Source: Leptogorgia sarmentosa
Taxonomy: Eukaryota
Assembly (NCBI GenBank): GCA_964658305.1
Contig: OZ210885.1
Location: forward strand, 12,028,001 to 12,092,000
DNA length: 64,000 nt
Direction of reading: 5' to 3'
This document shows, piece after piece, positions 1-11,660 of this stretch. The notes below the pieces were generated by a model, which did not search any database, was not told where the DNA came from, and was given only the letters and a program-made list of their open reading frames with translations. The translations under genes and the position numbers were made by a program. Each line of letters begins with the position of its first letter. Position 1 is the stretch's first letter.

Positions 1-627
1 CATCTTTATAGGATCATCTAAATGAAGGTTCCAAGAATGTGAAAATGAAAATGTATTCAAGCTTTTAGATTTCTTAATAAGAAATAAAAAGAGCATTTGA
101 AATGAAGTTGCATCGTTTCTTGTTCGATATATTTTTTCAGCGGGCGCTGAAGAACCATGAGGACTTTACTGTAATCCTCGTATTGACTAGTTGTGCGTGA
201 CATCATCCATGAGACGGTTTAATAATTTAGCCCGCCATATTGTGGGATAACAAAGACAAATTACAGATTTCTGTACACAAAAAGTACACATTAATTGTTT
301 TAGATATACTCAGACTCCCGAAGCAGTATTTGTATCCCATCACAAAAAACCATGATAGTGAATAGGTTTAAGCCAGGTTGGCGGTAAATTAACATTTCAT
401 ACACGATATCCCAAAATTTTAGCATTCTTTCTAAAGCATGAGCAACGAATTTAGAAAGGTATCACAGTTATATTAGTATTGCCTCAACCTATATTTAAGG
501 AATTATTCTTTGTTGCGAAAACTAAAAGTTCACTAGTTACCCCTAGAAATTTTGGTTGTATTCACCTGCACCTTGCAACTTCCAATTAAAAGAGCACCTG
601 GTCATCAAAGTTATGGATCCTGTGGGC

Positions 628-1938
628 CTAGTTATTGTATCGATTCAATTCTGAAAGCGTTCTGCGCTTGCAACCATACACGAGTTTAAACGTTTTTCGA
701 TATCGTTCTAGTCGTATGAAGTAGACAAAAGGATTGACGGCAAAATTGAGAGAATACATCGACATAGCAACAATGGTAAGAATTGTATTCTTAAATCCAC
801 CTGCCCGGCCAAGCAGATCATTAACTGACCCTGGAGTGACAGTCATTGTTGCTATGCAAGTGATTATAATGATGGTGTTCAGAAATCTTTGCTCTTTTTG
901 GTTTTGAATGACTTGGGAATATTTTGAGCGTTTAATTGAAGGGGTTTGGGACAAAATCCGCTCGGGCATTGAGCACATTTGGGTGATGTTCACCGTGGTG
1001 TTATTGTTAACAAAATATCCATTTGATTTTCGTTCACCACCTTGTATACTATGAACACATTCATTCTTCTCTTCATCGTCCGTTTCAATGCGTTGGTTTT
1101 GTCTTCCCGCAGATTCTTCCCCATCGCTATTTAAACCTTTATCCTGAACATTAGCACGTTCATTCGGATTTTGAAAATGCTCAAATAGGTATTGGACTGA
1201 TCTTTCTTCATTTTCAACGCTTTCATCCAGGTTTCCCGGACATTTAGGACTTTCATTTTGTATTGGAGCCCGTTCATTTTGGTTTTGTTCACGTCCATTT
1301 TCACCTTCAACAGAAGCAATCAGGTCGTCAATGGATCTCGTGTTCTTTTTAATGTTAGTTTCGTTTTTCATTGAGGTTACATTCTTTGAAGACGCAACTT
1401 GACTGGTAATTCTTAACATGGATCTAGCTTGTTGTTTTAAGGCAACATATGCCTTAACGTACAGTATGGCTGTTAGAATTACCAACATAATGCCAATCGC
1501 TGATCTTACCAAAATATCACTGTGACTTGGCACAAGAGCCTTCTTTATGGCATGGATGGAACTTAGCAACCAAACGAAAACGATCCACACTGAGATTTTA
1601 CCTTTGCTCATTAAAATGCGATGTCTAAAAGGATATGTTATCATCAGGTAGCGATCAAGAGCAATTGAAAATATTGTCAGCATTGACGAGTAAAATGAGA
1701 AATATAACAGGAAGAAAAAAGAAGCATTTTTCAACTCCTGATCAATCTGTGTTAAATTTGCCACGCTAAAAACCAAATCAGATAAAGCTAGATTTCCAAC
1801 AAGATACGTTGCTGAATTTCGAAAGCATTTTAATGGATCTTTCACGAACGCGATCAGAAGCATCGAGTTGGCCACAATTCCAACACAGCAGATGAAATAT
1901 GTCGGGACAAATTTCACGTCGGTCCCTTTGGGAAACAT
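628..1938 (-). CDS. Intronless class A (rhodopsin-like) GPCR with a long polar third intracellular loop
   Basis: 436-aa ORF with seven hydrophobic segments: N in TM1, LALSD in TM2, ALDRY in TM3, W in TM4 and NFAVNPFVY in TM7. Confidence 0.9.
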   Translation of the reverse strand: MFPKGTDVKFVPTYFICCVGIVANSMLLIAFVKDPLKCFRNSATYLVGNLALSDLVFSVANLTQIDQELKNASFFFLLYFSFYSSMLTIFSIALDRYLMITYPFRHRILMSKGKISVWIVFVWLLSSIHAIKKALVPSHSDILVRSAIGIMLVILTAILYVKAYVALKQQARSMLRITSQVASSKNVTSMKNETNIKKNTRSIDDLIASVEGENGREQNQNERAPIQNESPKCPGNLDESVENEERSVQYLFEHFQNPNERANVQDKGLNSDGEESAGRQNQRIETDDEEKNECVHSIQGGERKSNGYFVNNNTTVNITQMCSMPERILSQTPSIKRSKYSQVIQNQKEQRFLNTIIIITCIATMTVTPGSVNDLLGRAGGFKNTILTIVAMSMYSLNFAVNPFVYFIRLERYRKTFKLVYGCKRRTLSELNRYNN

Positions 1939-3493
1939 GATGAATTGGTATTCAGGATTTAAAGCCCAGTACTATGACGTCCTGCTTCGAGTTAAAACTT
2001 ATGTAATTCAAGAAGGATTTCACTAAATGTGTTGTCATTTATTTTTCCATTAATGCTTCCCATTTTCAATAATTAAACTACTGAGCTGAGAAAATTAATT
2101 AAAAGTCACGTTTATTAAAGGTTTCATTTAAGGATTATTATTTATTTATTTTCGACATAGCTTTTTATTAATAAAAAATATTATATTGCATGTTTTCGGT
2201 GTTCATGCCCTATATGTGCAGCTCTGTTAAACGTTTACATTCAATATTTCAAATGAACTCCCAGTAGCTCCGTCAAATTGTGCTCTACAACAACGAAATG
2301 AATTAGCGAAAATAAATGAGCGATGCTAATGAAATTTTATGTCTTGGCAACTTTTTGATTGTCGCAACGTCACTAAATTGATCTATAATGGCAGAATAGC
2401 GGAGAGAAACATCTGCCAAATGAAACACAAAACAAATTTGTTGATATATTGTTTTACGAGACAACACTGGCGCATCTATAAAAAAGGCCAGCAAACCGTT
2501 TTGAATTAATTTAAGAAATTGAAAATTGAAATTGTCTTACAGATGTGCTTATACGTTATTGCTACGTTAAAAAAAACAACATAGGATCAGTGGATTTATA
2601 TAACCCACATCTTGAATTTATTGACTGATTAAAAAATGTATTTCGTAAATGTTTCATGCAAAATTATTAAGGCAAAATATCGGCAATATGATAAATAAAT
2701 AATACTCACTTTAAGAAAGCATGGGTCATTAACAACGACACAGTACGTTGAAATCGATTAACAAATTTGACATCGCCCATCTTTGTTCATATTTTTTATT
2801 TTTTAAAAAAGATTTAAATTTTAAATATAATTCAAAACTTTCAATACGGCTTAACAGTTAAACCTCGGACTGGAGTTCACTGGCTAGGTTTCTCATAGCG
2901 ACTGATAATTTCAATACACACAATGAATAGTATGGCTCAGGCATATTCCGTCTATTTTGCAATAATTTGGCTTTTGGGGTAAAATATTTTACCATTTACA
3001 TTTGGCAAATAACTTGGCCCCCTACTGTTATTACGTTGCAGCACGCTTTTTGCGTTAAGGTCCGTCATTTCTTCATTTGGTGAGGCACTGTGACGAAACT
3101 TACAAGTATAACATAGCCCCAATAATGGGGATTGCAAAAAAGTTAATATGTTGACAAAAATCTTCATTGCCATGGTATAACAGGAGGTTTTCAATATATA
3201 TATCGTAACAGGAGGTTTTCAATATTGTTATATAAACGTAACTGTTAACGTAACACACTGATATTTTAATCTAAATAATCGAAACGTTAGCAATAAATTT
3301 TATATAAAACTGAATGGTTTTAATATGTATGCATTAAAAATCGCTTGCTGGGCATAATTCATATTTAGATTAAGATTCCCGCCTGGTATTTCAATTGCCA
3401 CAACACTGATATTTTTGTTGCGAGAGAAATTGGGCAAAGCGCAGGAAACATTAATTTTCTTACCTACAGAGTAGCTATACATGTGGATCCTAA

Positions 3494-3950
3494 CTAATAA
3501 TAATAATGTAAGTGTAATGTAGAATTATATAGACTCAATTCAGGTGATTTAAAGGTAAATTAAAAGTTACTATTTACAGTTGGGAAAAAAAACTATTGTC
3601 ATGAACAGTGAATCCGTGCTTCTGCTCTCTCCTTTAAAATGTTTTTGACTTGACGGATGTAGGATGGTAACTCCCTGCATGACCGTATTTCAGCAGGCAG
3701 CTCATTAAATAGCCGGGATATCGAGTCCAGAAATGTTCCTTTTGTTAATGGTATCACTAGTAGTGGCGCTTTGTTTGATCTTAACAATCTTTTTGGCTCA
3801 CGTTTCTCTACTCTTAAATATTTGGGAAACGACGGATTATATATGGCCTGGTAGGTTGCCCGAAGTAAATTAAATTCAGTTCTTTCTTTAGTAGGGAGCC
3901 AACCTAGTTTAAGCACATCTTCTTCACTAGCGTAGCGGTTGATTACGATT
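3494..3950 (-). mobile_element. 5'-truncated 3' end of a CR1/L2-clade LINE
   Basis: Peptide LKLGWLP...PKYL...LRS...SISRLFNELPAEIR is typical of the post-RT C-terminus. It is followed by a short 3' UTR ending in (ATT)n at about 3494-3507. Confidence 0.75.
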
Positions 3951-4234
3951 AAGTATTTGTGGATATTTTTATTACTGTAGGGTGTATAAAAAATGAACAA
4001 ACTTGAAATCGCTCCCAACTTTGCAAAGGAGCTCGGGGTACAAAGTTCCTAGTTTCTATTCCAGTTTGGGTATTTTTTAATTTCCATTTGAACACCTGAA
4101 AGTCATTAATATATAAACGGAACGTTCTACAAATAGGATATTACCGATGTAATAAAAACAACAAACGATAAATTATGCGATGTAGCTATTTTAACGCCTT
4201 GCGGGATGTAAACCAATTTCGCACGCCAAGATGC

Positions 4235-4558
4235 AAGGGCCGCGGGACAGGGGGCACGGTGCCCCCCCCTCCCACTTCTTGAAAACGAGAAAATGTGCCC
4301 TTTTTCGATTAGATTTATGCCCTTTTTGTGTTATAATTATAGCTAGGGCCTTTTGTGTCATATAGCGTGCGCTTAATATAATAATGTAATTAATCATTGT
4401 CATCAGTATTTTACGGCATTGGGGGCAAGTGCGCCCCCCCTGATTTTAGACAAAGGGTAAATGTACCCTTTTTTTGAAAGGAAAGTGCTCTTTTTCATCC
4501 GTGCCCTATTTTGATTGTGCCCCCCCCCCCCACTTTCGAGGTGCTTCCGCGGCCCCTG
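4235..4558. mobile_element. GC-rich-ended MITE, hAT-like
   Basis: Imperfect TIR CAAGGGCCGCGG ... CCGCGGCCCCTG with internal GGGGC..GCCCCCC motifs. No clean TSD. Confidence 0.5.
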
Positions 4559-5396
4559 CCAGCTGCCTAGATGTTTATGGCCATGCTAGCTGAAGGGCCC
4601 GTAATGGCGAACGTTATAATATATCACATAAATTTTTACTCACCTTTTCTTCCAGTTGCTCGTGTATGAAGAGAGAGAAAGTTTGGCAGTGATCGTGTTT
4701 TGATGCGCAATTGCAAAGCTTCCCTCGAAGAAAGTTGTCTGCTTATGCGGCCATGAGTTCTGCAATATTGATTATTCATCTGAATGTACATGCAGCTGGG
4801 AGCGCCAAATTGGGACGCAAAGTAAACAGAAAAAGAAGTGCAATTGAAGTTGGAATCTTTCACAGAGTTTGTGTCGTCGCGAATAATTCCTTGAGGCCGC
4901 TTTCCACTTCATACTAATCGTGCCGAAACGTAGCGTATGTGATTCTTTCTAATGCATAGTAACCTAGCCTGCCACACAGAATGCGCCCTTATATTGGCTG
5001 TCACAGTCAATTTGCCATCTATATATACCGTACAGTACGTATTCCATATGAAGATGTAGCGTGCCTATATAGACGAGTAAATACACGACATTGAAGAGAA
5101 AATGCACGACGTAAAGACTGTCCATATCCAATATATGCCTGTCCATTGCAACCACTATCAGTGTGTGAAATGGCACCCCGGAAATCCCTGTTTATTGAAA
5201 GCAAACGCGTTATTATTCAACTTTTCAGGTATGTTAATTCTAAACTAGCTACCATCACGTCGCTAAAACACGCATACAACTGATGTCCTTATATGGAATA
5301 CGTACTATAAGTCCCTATCCAATTTGCGGGTGTTTTCACAATAATATATACAGTCAATTTGAGAGTGTATTAATGACTTCGACACAAACGAAAATG

Positions 5397-5964
5397 CTCC
5401 GTTACTTTACGTTGCGTTACTTCGCGTTGCGATACGATAAGTTACGTTGCGTTACGTTACGTTACTTTACATTACGATTCGTTACTTTACTTTACGTTAC
5501 GTTACGTTACGTTACGTTACGTTACGTTACGTTACGTTACGTTACGTTACGTTACGTTACTTTACTTTACGTTACGATACGTTACTTTACGTTACGTTAC
5601 TTTACTTTACGTTACGATACGTTACTTTACTTTACTTTACTTTACGTTACGTTACGATACGATACGTTACGATACGTTACGATACGTTACGATACGTTAC
5701 GTTACTTTACATTACGTTACGTTACGTTACGTTACGTTACGTTACTTTACTTTACGATACGTTACTTTACGTTACGTTACTTTACATTTCAATGTTAATA
5801 AAAACTTTACATTACGTTACGTTACGTTACGTTACGTTACGTTACGTTACCTTACGTTACCTTACTTTACTTTACGTTACGTTACGTTACGTTACGTTAC
5901 GTTACGTTACGTTACGTTACGTTACGTTACCTTACTTTACTTTACTTTACGTTACGATACGTTA
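5397..5964. repeat. Compound pentanucleotide microsatellite (GTTAC/TTTAC/GATAC)n, left block
   Basis: Directly visible. It explains the low-complexity LRYVT ORFs. Confidence 0.97.
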
Positions 5965-6807
5965 TAACACAAACTTGATTCACCCTAAAAAACAAAAAAA
6001 AGTGATGTTCCCATGTTTCTTTCTACTAAATACCCGCTCACTTCTACCAAAGCTGCATGGATGAATTGACTGCACTTTTAAGAGTCAAGCCGTTGATATT
6101 ATTGCCATAACTGAGTCATGGTTAATGGTTACATGATTGTATAGACAGCGACTTATTGTCAATCGAGGGCTACAATTTACATCGTAAAGATCGCGCAATT
6201 GGCCGAGGTGGGGGAGTCTGTGTTTACATTAATAACGATATCCCTTGCATACGAGGGCTAGATCTGGAATGTGAAAATTTGGAATGTTTATGGCTGAGCC
6301 TACGACCCAAACGCTTTCCTAGACCCCTCTCTGGTATTGTAATCTGTGTCGTATACCACCTACCCGGTTTGGCAACAGCGGAGCACAATGACCTTAAAGA
6401 ATATTTAATTAATACAATTGATTTAATTCGAAATAAACATCCCGACCATGGTCTAGCTAGTCATCTTGGGCGATTTAAACAATCTTGAAATACGCACTTT
6501 GAGCACCAGTTAAAATCTTAAACATGTTGTTGAACAACCCACTAGAGAATCAGCAATACTGGACCTTATCTTTACAAATTTGCATAACTTATATGACCGC
6601 CCCAATATCCTGGCTCCAATAGATTCCATTGATCATAACATTGTTCACTGGCTACCGTCTGTTGATAGTCATTCTAGCCACAGCATACAAACAAAATCTG
6701 TCAAATCTTTAATACGCCGTTATCCTAGATCAGGAATTGATGCTTTCGGGCGGTGGGTTATTTCTCAAAATTGGTTCTCCGACCTTGAACCTAACCCTAA
6801 TGTCGAT

Positions 6808-7150
6808 GCTAGTTTTTTTTCCGTAGACGGACTCATCATCATTATCATATTAACATTAGCATTAGGAATAAGAGTTATAACGATTTTGAATGTAAGACCT
6901 GGCAGCTTGAGCGGTTGGTGTAGAGGTAAGCATGCGGACTGCGTGCAACGTGTCTGGGTTCGATCCCCATCAGGGCGTTATTTTTTTCGTCATTTTTTTT
7001 TCATTCTGCCAAAGATATTTGAGTGATTTATTTTTGGAATAAAGCCGTACTTAAAATTTTCTTTCAAAATTTTATTTATATTCAAGGTTAGAGTCAAAAC
7101 TACCGTTTGGGTAAGTGTTAGTATTGTCAATTGATCACGGGAAAGGAAGG
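6808..7150. mobile_element. Small non-autonomous insert with an internal tRNA-like Pol III promoter
   Basis: Ends GCTAGTTTTTTTTCCGTA ... CACGGGAAAGG. Internal A-box-like TGGTGTAGAGG (~6916) and B-box GGTTCGATCCC (~6957). The same layout occurs at 13525-13947. Confidence 0.5.
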
Positions 7151-7160
7151 CTCAAGGAAG

Positions 7161-7715
7161 TATGTAGATGGAATGAATGGTGTCATCAATCACAATGAGA
7201 ATGTACAACGGCTTTATTCTCTGACGGCATCCAAGTACCGTCTGGTGTCTAAGACAGCATTGAAACTGTTGCTTGTGTTTGTTGAATATACAGAATCTAA
7301 TTCTCTTGTATTGTCCCGAGCTGTGAATGAATGGGACAACTTACAAAGATCAAAACCTTGGAGTTGTCTTGTTAAAGTTTTGTCTGATAAAGATGGCGAT
7401 GAAGAAGTCACTTGTTTTTGCTTGACTCTAATAAATAAAATTTTAAATGCTGCACCAGATCAAGATCTATTTTATGATATTTCTGATTCTCTCGAAGAGC
7501 AAGGAATGGAACAGTTGATGAAAAGTCTTGCCACCACCAAGAAAAACCACAGGGAAATTCAAGAACAGATCAAAGTTTATGAGACTGCTCTTAAAATTGA
7601 AGATGGAGATGAGCAACTTTCATCTGTCAAAGATACTGCTAGCATAAGACATAGGAAAAGACAACCTGGTGCCCAAAGTAATGGAAATGGTGACAGGCGG
7701 CGAAGTAAACTTCAA
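7161..7715 (+). pseudogene. FHOD: Intronless internal fragment of an FHOD-family formin (GBD/FH3 region) embedded in the LINE
   Basis: YVDGMNGVINHNE.VQ.LY...SKYRLVSKTALKLLLVFVEYTESN...KPWS...PDQDLFYDI.D.LEEQG...YETALKIEDGDE is the recognisable FHOD1/FHOD3 N-terminal region. It has no start or end of its own. Confidence 0.88.
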
Positions 7716-7967
7716 GGCTCACGGCCCAGATAATATCCCCTGCCGTATCCTAAATGAGTTTGCTTATTCATTAGCCGATCCTGTTGCAACCATCTTCAAC
7801 GCATCTCTCACATCTGCAATTGTCCCTGCTATATGGAAAGACTCGGATATTATGCCAATTCCAATCCCAAAACCACAACCTCCCACCTGTGCAGGCGACA
7901 CTAGACCCATCTCGCTAACACCTTGTTTGGCAAAAGTTCTTGAAGATTTCGTGGTGAGGTGGATGAT

Positions 7968-8365
7968 AGGGAATTTAAGATGTTGACAACGGCTACTGCT
8001 ACGGACTACGGTTGAATGCTTGTTTTGGTGTATTGCTTTAAACAATGAGACAAATTATTTACATATCCCCTGGAGTATATTTTTCACCGTAGTGACTTGA
8101 CTACGACAGGAAAATCATATTATTGTGGTGTATAAATGCACGGTAAAACGTAACGACAGAACTGACTACGCAGCTGTACGTGGTGGAAAATGGTTCTATA
8201 TACAACTGATAGAATTCAAAGTTGAAACCTACAAAACACAAAATACTGAGCACTTGGAATGAATTTGTCTGGATATATGTAAATCCAGCTCAGTGATGTA
8301 AACAGATGAACAAAAATGTTTGAAACGTAGTCGGTAGTCCGTCGTCACAGGATCTTAAACTCCCT
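7968..8365. mobile_element. MITE inserted in the LINE RT region
   Basis: TIR AGGGAATTTAAGAT / ATCTTAAACTCCCT. The LINE reading WMI|TDIADRIDPKQFG resumes after it. Confidence 0.85.
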
Positions 8366-8410
8366 GGTAACTGATATTGCAGACAGGATCGATCCTAAGC
8401 AGTTTGGTTG

Positions 8411-8804
8411 CAGGCCCGTAGCTGAGGGAGGGCCAGGGGGGGGCAGTGCCCCCCCCCCCACTCGGAAATAAAATTGAAATTGTGCCCCCCTATTCCACAA
8501 TCTTTTTGCCATTTAAAAATTATACAGCGAGGCTGTCTTGTCCATGAAAAAATAGTAATCGAAGGCGTAGCCTAATTATTTTGGTGTAATAGCCATATTA
8601 AATAGCCACAAATAGTGCGGTATTTTGTAGTTTTGTTTCGTATTTCTCTCGACCATGGACTTTTACGAATAGTCAGTGGTTAAAGAGCCAAATAAAATTA
8701 TGAACTTGTAATATTCCTTTACGAAGGTCAAAAGCGTACCAAATCTTTTTAAATTTTTTTTCTGCAGTGCCCCCCCCAGAAATTAAGAGCCAGCTACGGG
8801 TCTG
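8411..8804. mobile_element. hAT-type MITE
   Basis: TIR CAGGCCCGTAGCTG / CAGCTACGGGTCTG and a perfect 8-bp TSD TTTGGTTG. Confidence 0.93.
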
Positions 8805-10069
8805 TTTGGTTGTCTAAAAGGAACATCCAAAACTAACCCTAACCCTCTCCCGAAAAGCATCTTAGACTTTGTTTCCTTGACTTCGCAAAGGCGTTCGATC
8901 GGATAGGACATAAATGACATAATATATTAATATTAAAGTTGCTGGACCTGGGTGTTCGATCGTCCTTGTTACCCTGGATAATTAACTTTCTCTCTAATCG
9001 TCGACATCAGGTCAAGCTCGGAGGAGAAACATCAGACTGGTTGCCAGTGAATGCCGGTGTCCCTCAGGGAACAAAACTCGGACCAAATTTGTTTTTGGTC
9101 ATGATAAATGACCTCGATGTATAAACACACGTTATGGATATTTGGAGATTTGTGTACGATATATCAACCTCTGAAAGCATCACAAAAGACAGTAATTCAA
9201 AATTTCAGTCCTGAATTGATTCAATCAATTCCTGGGCTTCGTGCAACCTTCTGAAACTTAACCCTAAAAAGTGTAAAGAACTCCGCGTTTGTTTTCTTAG
9301 GGAAACACCTGATTTATCACCATTGTTGATAGACGGTCACGTGCTTGAGGTTGTGCGGTCTCACAAACTGCTCGGACTGGTTATCCAAAATGATCTAGAA
9401 TTGAACAACCATATAGAATCACTTGTATCCAAGGCTTCCAAACGTTTATACATCATCCAAACATTACGGCGTGGTGTGTTCCCGCGGAGGACTTATTGAC
9501 TATATACTTTGCCCTAATACGATCCGTTTTGGAGCACTGCTGTGTGGTACTGGTATGGCACCATTCCCTTCCCTTGTATCTTGCTGATGAGGTTGAACGA
9601 GTGCAGAGACGAGCGCTGAAGATTATTTTACCGGGGGGGTACTCCTACAGGCCTTAATACAACTTGTGTGTTCCAGATTGGATGAAAGGCGTGAACAACC
9701 ACTTTGGAAAAATACAAATGGAAGGACCACTGTCAAAATATGTCCCCCGGACCAGGGCCAGCTCTAATGAATACCAACTAAGAAACTCGAACACCTTAAC
9801 ATTAATAAAATGCCGAACAGAAAGATACTGTCGTAGTTTTTTTCCAAGTACAGTTGCTTTATAAAACAATTCTAGTAACAAAATGTAAGTGCGATATTTA
9901 GTTAAGAGTTTAATAACAATGTAAACATTTTTTAAATTAGAACGTAAAAACATATTATTTTTATGTATATGAATGTAGCGGTAATTTTCATAACTTTGTA
10001 AGCGCACCATAATTCAATTCATTGCGATGGTGTGTATTTTATACCATTTATAATAATAATAATAATAAC

Positions 10070-10255
10070 TTACGTCACTTTACGTTACGTTACGTTACTT
10101 TACTTTACGTTACGATACGTTACTTTACTTTACGTTACGATACCATACGATACGTTACGTTACGTTACGTTCCGTTACGTTACGTTACGATACGATACGA
10201 TACGATACGATACGATACGATACGTTACTTTACGTTACGATACGATACGATACGC
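10070..10255. repeat. Pentanucleotide microsatellite, right block (same units as 5397-5964)
   Basis: (GTTAC/TTTAC/GATAC)n begins immediately after the LINE tail. Confidence 0.95.
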
Positions 10256-10599
10256 TTTAACCCCTTTACTTTTTGGTCAAGTAAAGTCATCACTCGAAAA
10301 TCATTTAAAAACACTCCAAATGTGTTTAAAAACACTTTCAAGTGGTTTGCATTGATATTTGAGGTGTTTTTCAAAAGTTGAAAAAGTGCACAAAATCGAC
10401 CAAAAAGCTAAGGTTAAGAGGAAAACGACCTTTACGAATGAACTTGCGTTCTTTATTCGAGTTCTAGCCAGTCGATTGCATTTTTTGGCCAATGGAAATG
10501 CTGAAATGACTGTTCCGCCATTTCTGGTCACAAGTGTTAAGTCCTCACGAAAATGTTTCATGCACTTAAATTGGATAAGACTCGCTACCAATCCCTCCG

Positions 10600-10685
10600 T
10601 TGGCCATCATCGATGGCTCAATAGGTGGAGCATGCCTCTAGTAACTCGAAGATGCGAGTTCAAATCTCCAACGAATTTTTCGTTG
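10600..10685 (+). repeat. tRNA-derived SINE-like head
   Basis: A-box-like TGGCTCAATAGG and B-box GAGTTCAAATC, followed by a T-run. No complete cloverleaf. Confidence 0.45.
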
Positions 10686-10700
10686 TTCTTCTGCAGTGTC

Positions 10701-10986
10701 CAGTGGCAGCGCCAGGCACCAATTTTTTTTGGGAGGGGGGGGGGGCAATTCAGGGGGAAACCCATTTTTGGGGGGACAATTCAGCCAAATCATTGCTCTT
10801 TTAGGGGGCGCAAGTTAAACAAGCGTGATACGTGTTCGTGGAAACTTTCGAGTGTCCGTCCCGAGAAACTTTCGTTCGTTTATCGAGTGCTAGATTTTCT
10901 GGGGGGGGATTTGTGGGGGGGGGGGGCAGAAGTTAATATTGGGCGGGGGCAAATGCCCCCACATGCCCCCTTAAAAGCCGCCACTG
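10701..10986. mobile_element. hAT-type MITE
   Basis: TIR CAGTGGCAGC / GCCGCCACTG with degenerate 8-bp flanks GCAGTGTC / CGAGTGTT. Confidence 0.7.
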
Positions 10987-11141
10987 CGAGTGTTAGATTA
11001 ATATGAATCTTGTTCTGGTCAGTAAATTGCGGAGTTAATCCGCTGGGAAAGATATTTTACACCATTATGTTGCCCTTCTATTCATTTTCTATTTTAAGCC
11101 TTAAAATGTGTCATTCCGAGCACGCTATGACTATGTTGTAA

Positions 11142-11660
11142 CAGTAGCGCAGCCAGCCCGACAATTTGGTCATGCTGTGCAAATTTCACATAATTATCAT
11201 TATTATACACTGTAGATGGTAAAAGCAATCTGATTGGCTAAGAGCATACAGTTAAATCGCGCAATCACGCAACCCACAGGAAATCCAGTTATCTGCTAGC
11301 AGATAACTGAGTTATCTGCTAGCAGATAACTAATTAGGTACAAAATGAGCCTGTTTTTAGTATGGTTTCATAAATAAAGTTTTAATACTTGGTTTATTAT
11401 TCTTCAAATGTATAATAAAACAATTATTGAATTCGGTTTTTGTGATATGCAAAATTATCAAGGTCTCGGTAAGCGTTATCAGCCTCGCCTTCGGCTCGGC
11501 TGATAACGCTTACCGAGACCTTGATAATTCCGCATATCACAAAAACCTCATCCAATAATTGTTAATTATTCATTTCTTTTGAAATCTATTGTTTTTACGG
11601 TCTATGAACATAGTAAAATTTGCGTAGCATGACCAAATTGTCGGGCTGGCTACGCCACTG
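11142..11660. mobile_element. hAT-type MITE containing a nested hairpin element (~11200-11567)
   Basis: About 45-bp TIRs (CAGTAGCGCAGCCAGCCCGACAATTTGGTCATGC...) and a perfect 8-bp TSD TGTTGTAA. Internal palindrome of about 140 bp centred on CTCGCCTTCGGCTCG. Confidence 0.9.

Larger units (their letters stand above)
5965..10068 (+). mobile_element. Decayed CR1/L2-type LINE ORF2 (APE endonuclease + RT) with nested insertions
   Basis: EN motifs LLNTRSL, IAITESW, RKDR..GRGGGV and EQPTRESAILDL. RT motifs KAHGPDNIP, TRPISLT, DFAKAFD, GVPQGTKLGP and KCKEL. Ends RSFFPSTVAL* at 9864, then a 3' UTR and (TAA)n tail at about 10050-10068. Several frameshifts. Confidence 0.92.

Noticed and set aside
4640..5200. 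Overlapping short ORFs with moderately coding-like composition
   Set aside because: No recognisable motif, and there are stops in every frame. It could be a decayed fragment, but I cannot support a call.
5283..6064. 171-aa and 205-aa LRYVT-repeat ORFs (also 10022-10381)
   Set aside because: Translation artefacts of a pentanucleotide microsatellite that lacks stops.
6910..6975. tRNA gene (also 10600-10685 and 13652-13710)
   Set aside because: A and B boxes are present, but acceptor and anticodon stems do not pair convincingly. Treated as tRNA-derived repeat parts.
10359..11006. 215-aa ORF
   Set aside because: It runs across a SINE-like head and a G-run MITE and has no domain signature.
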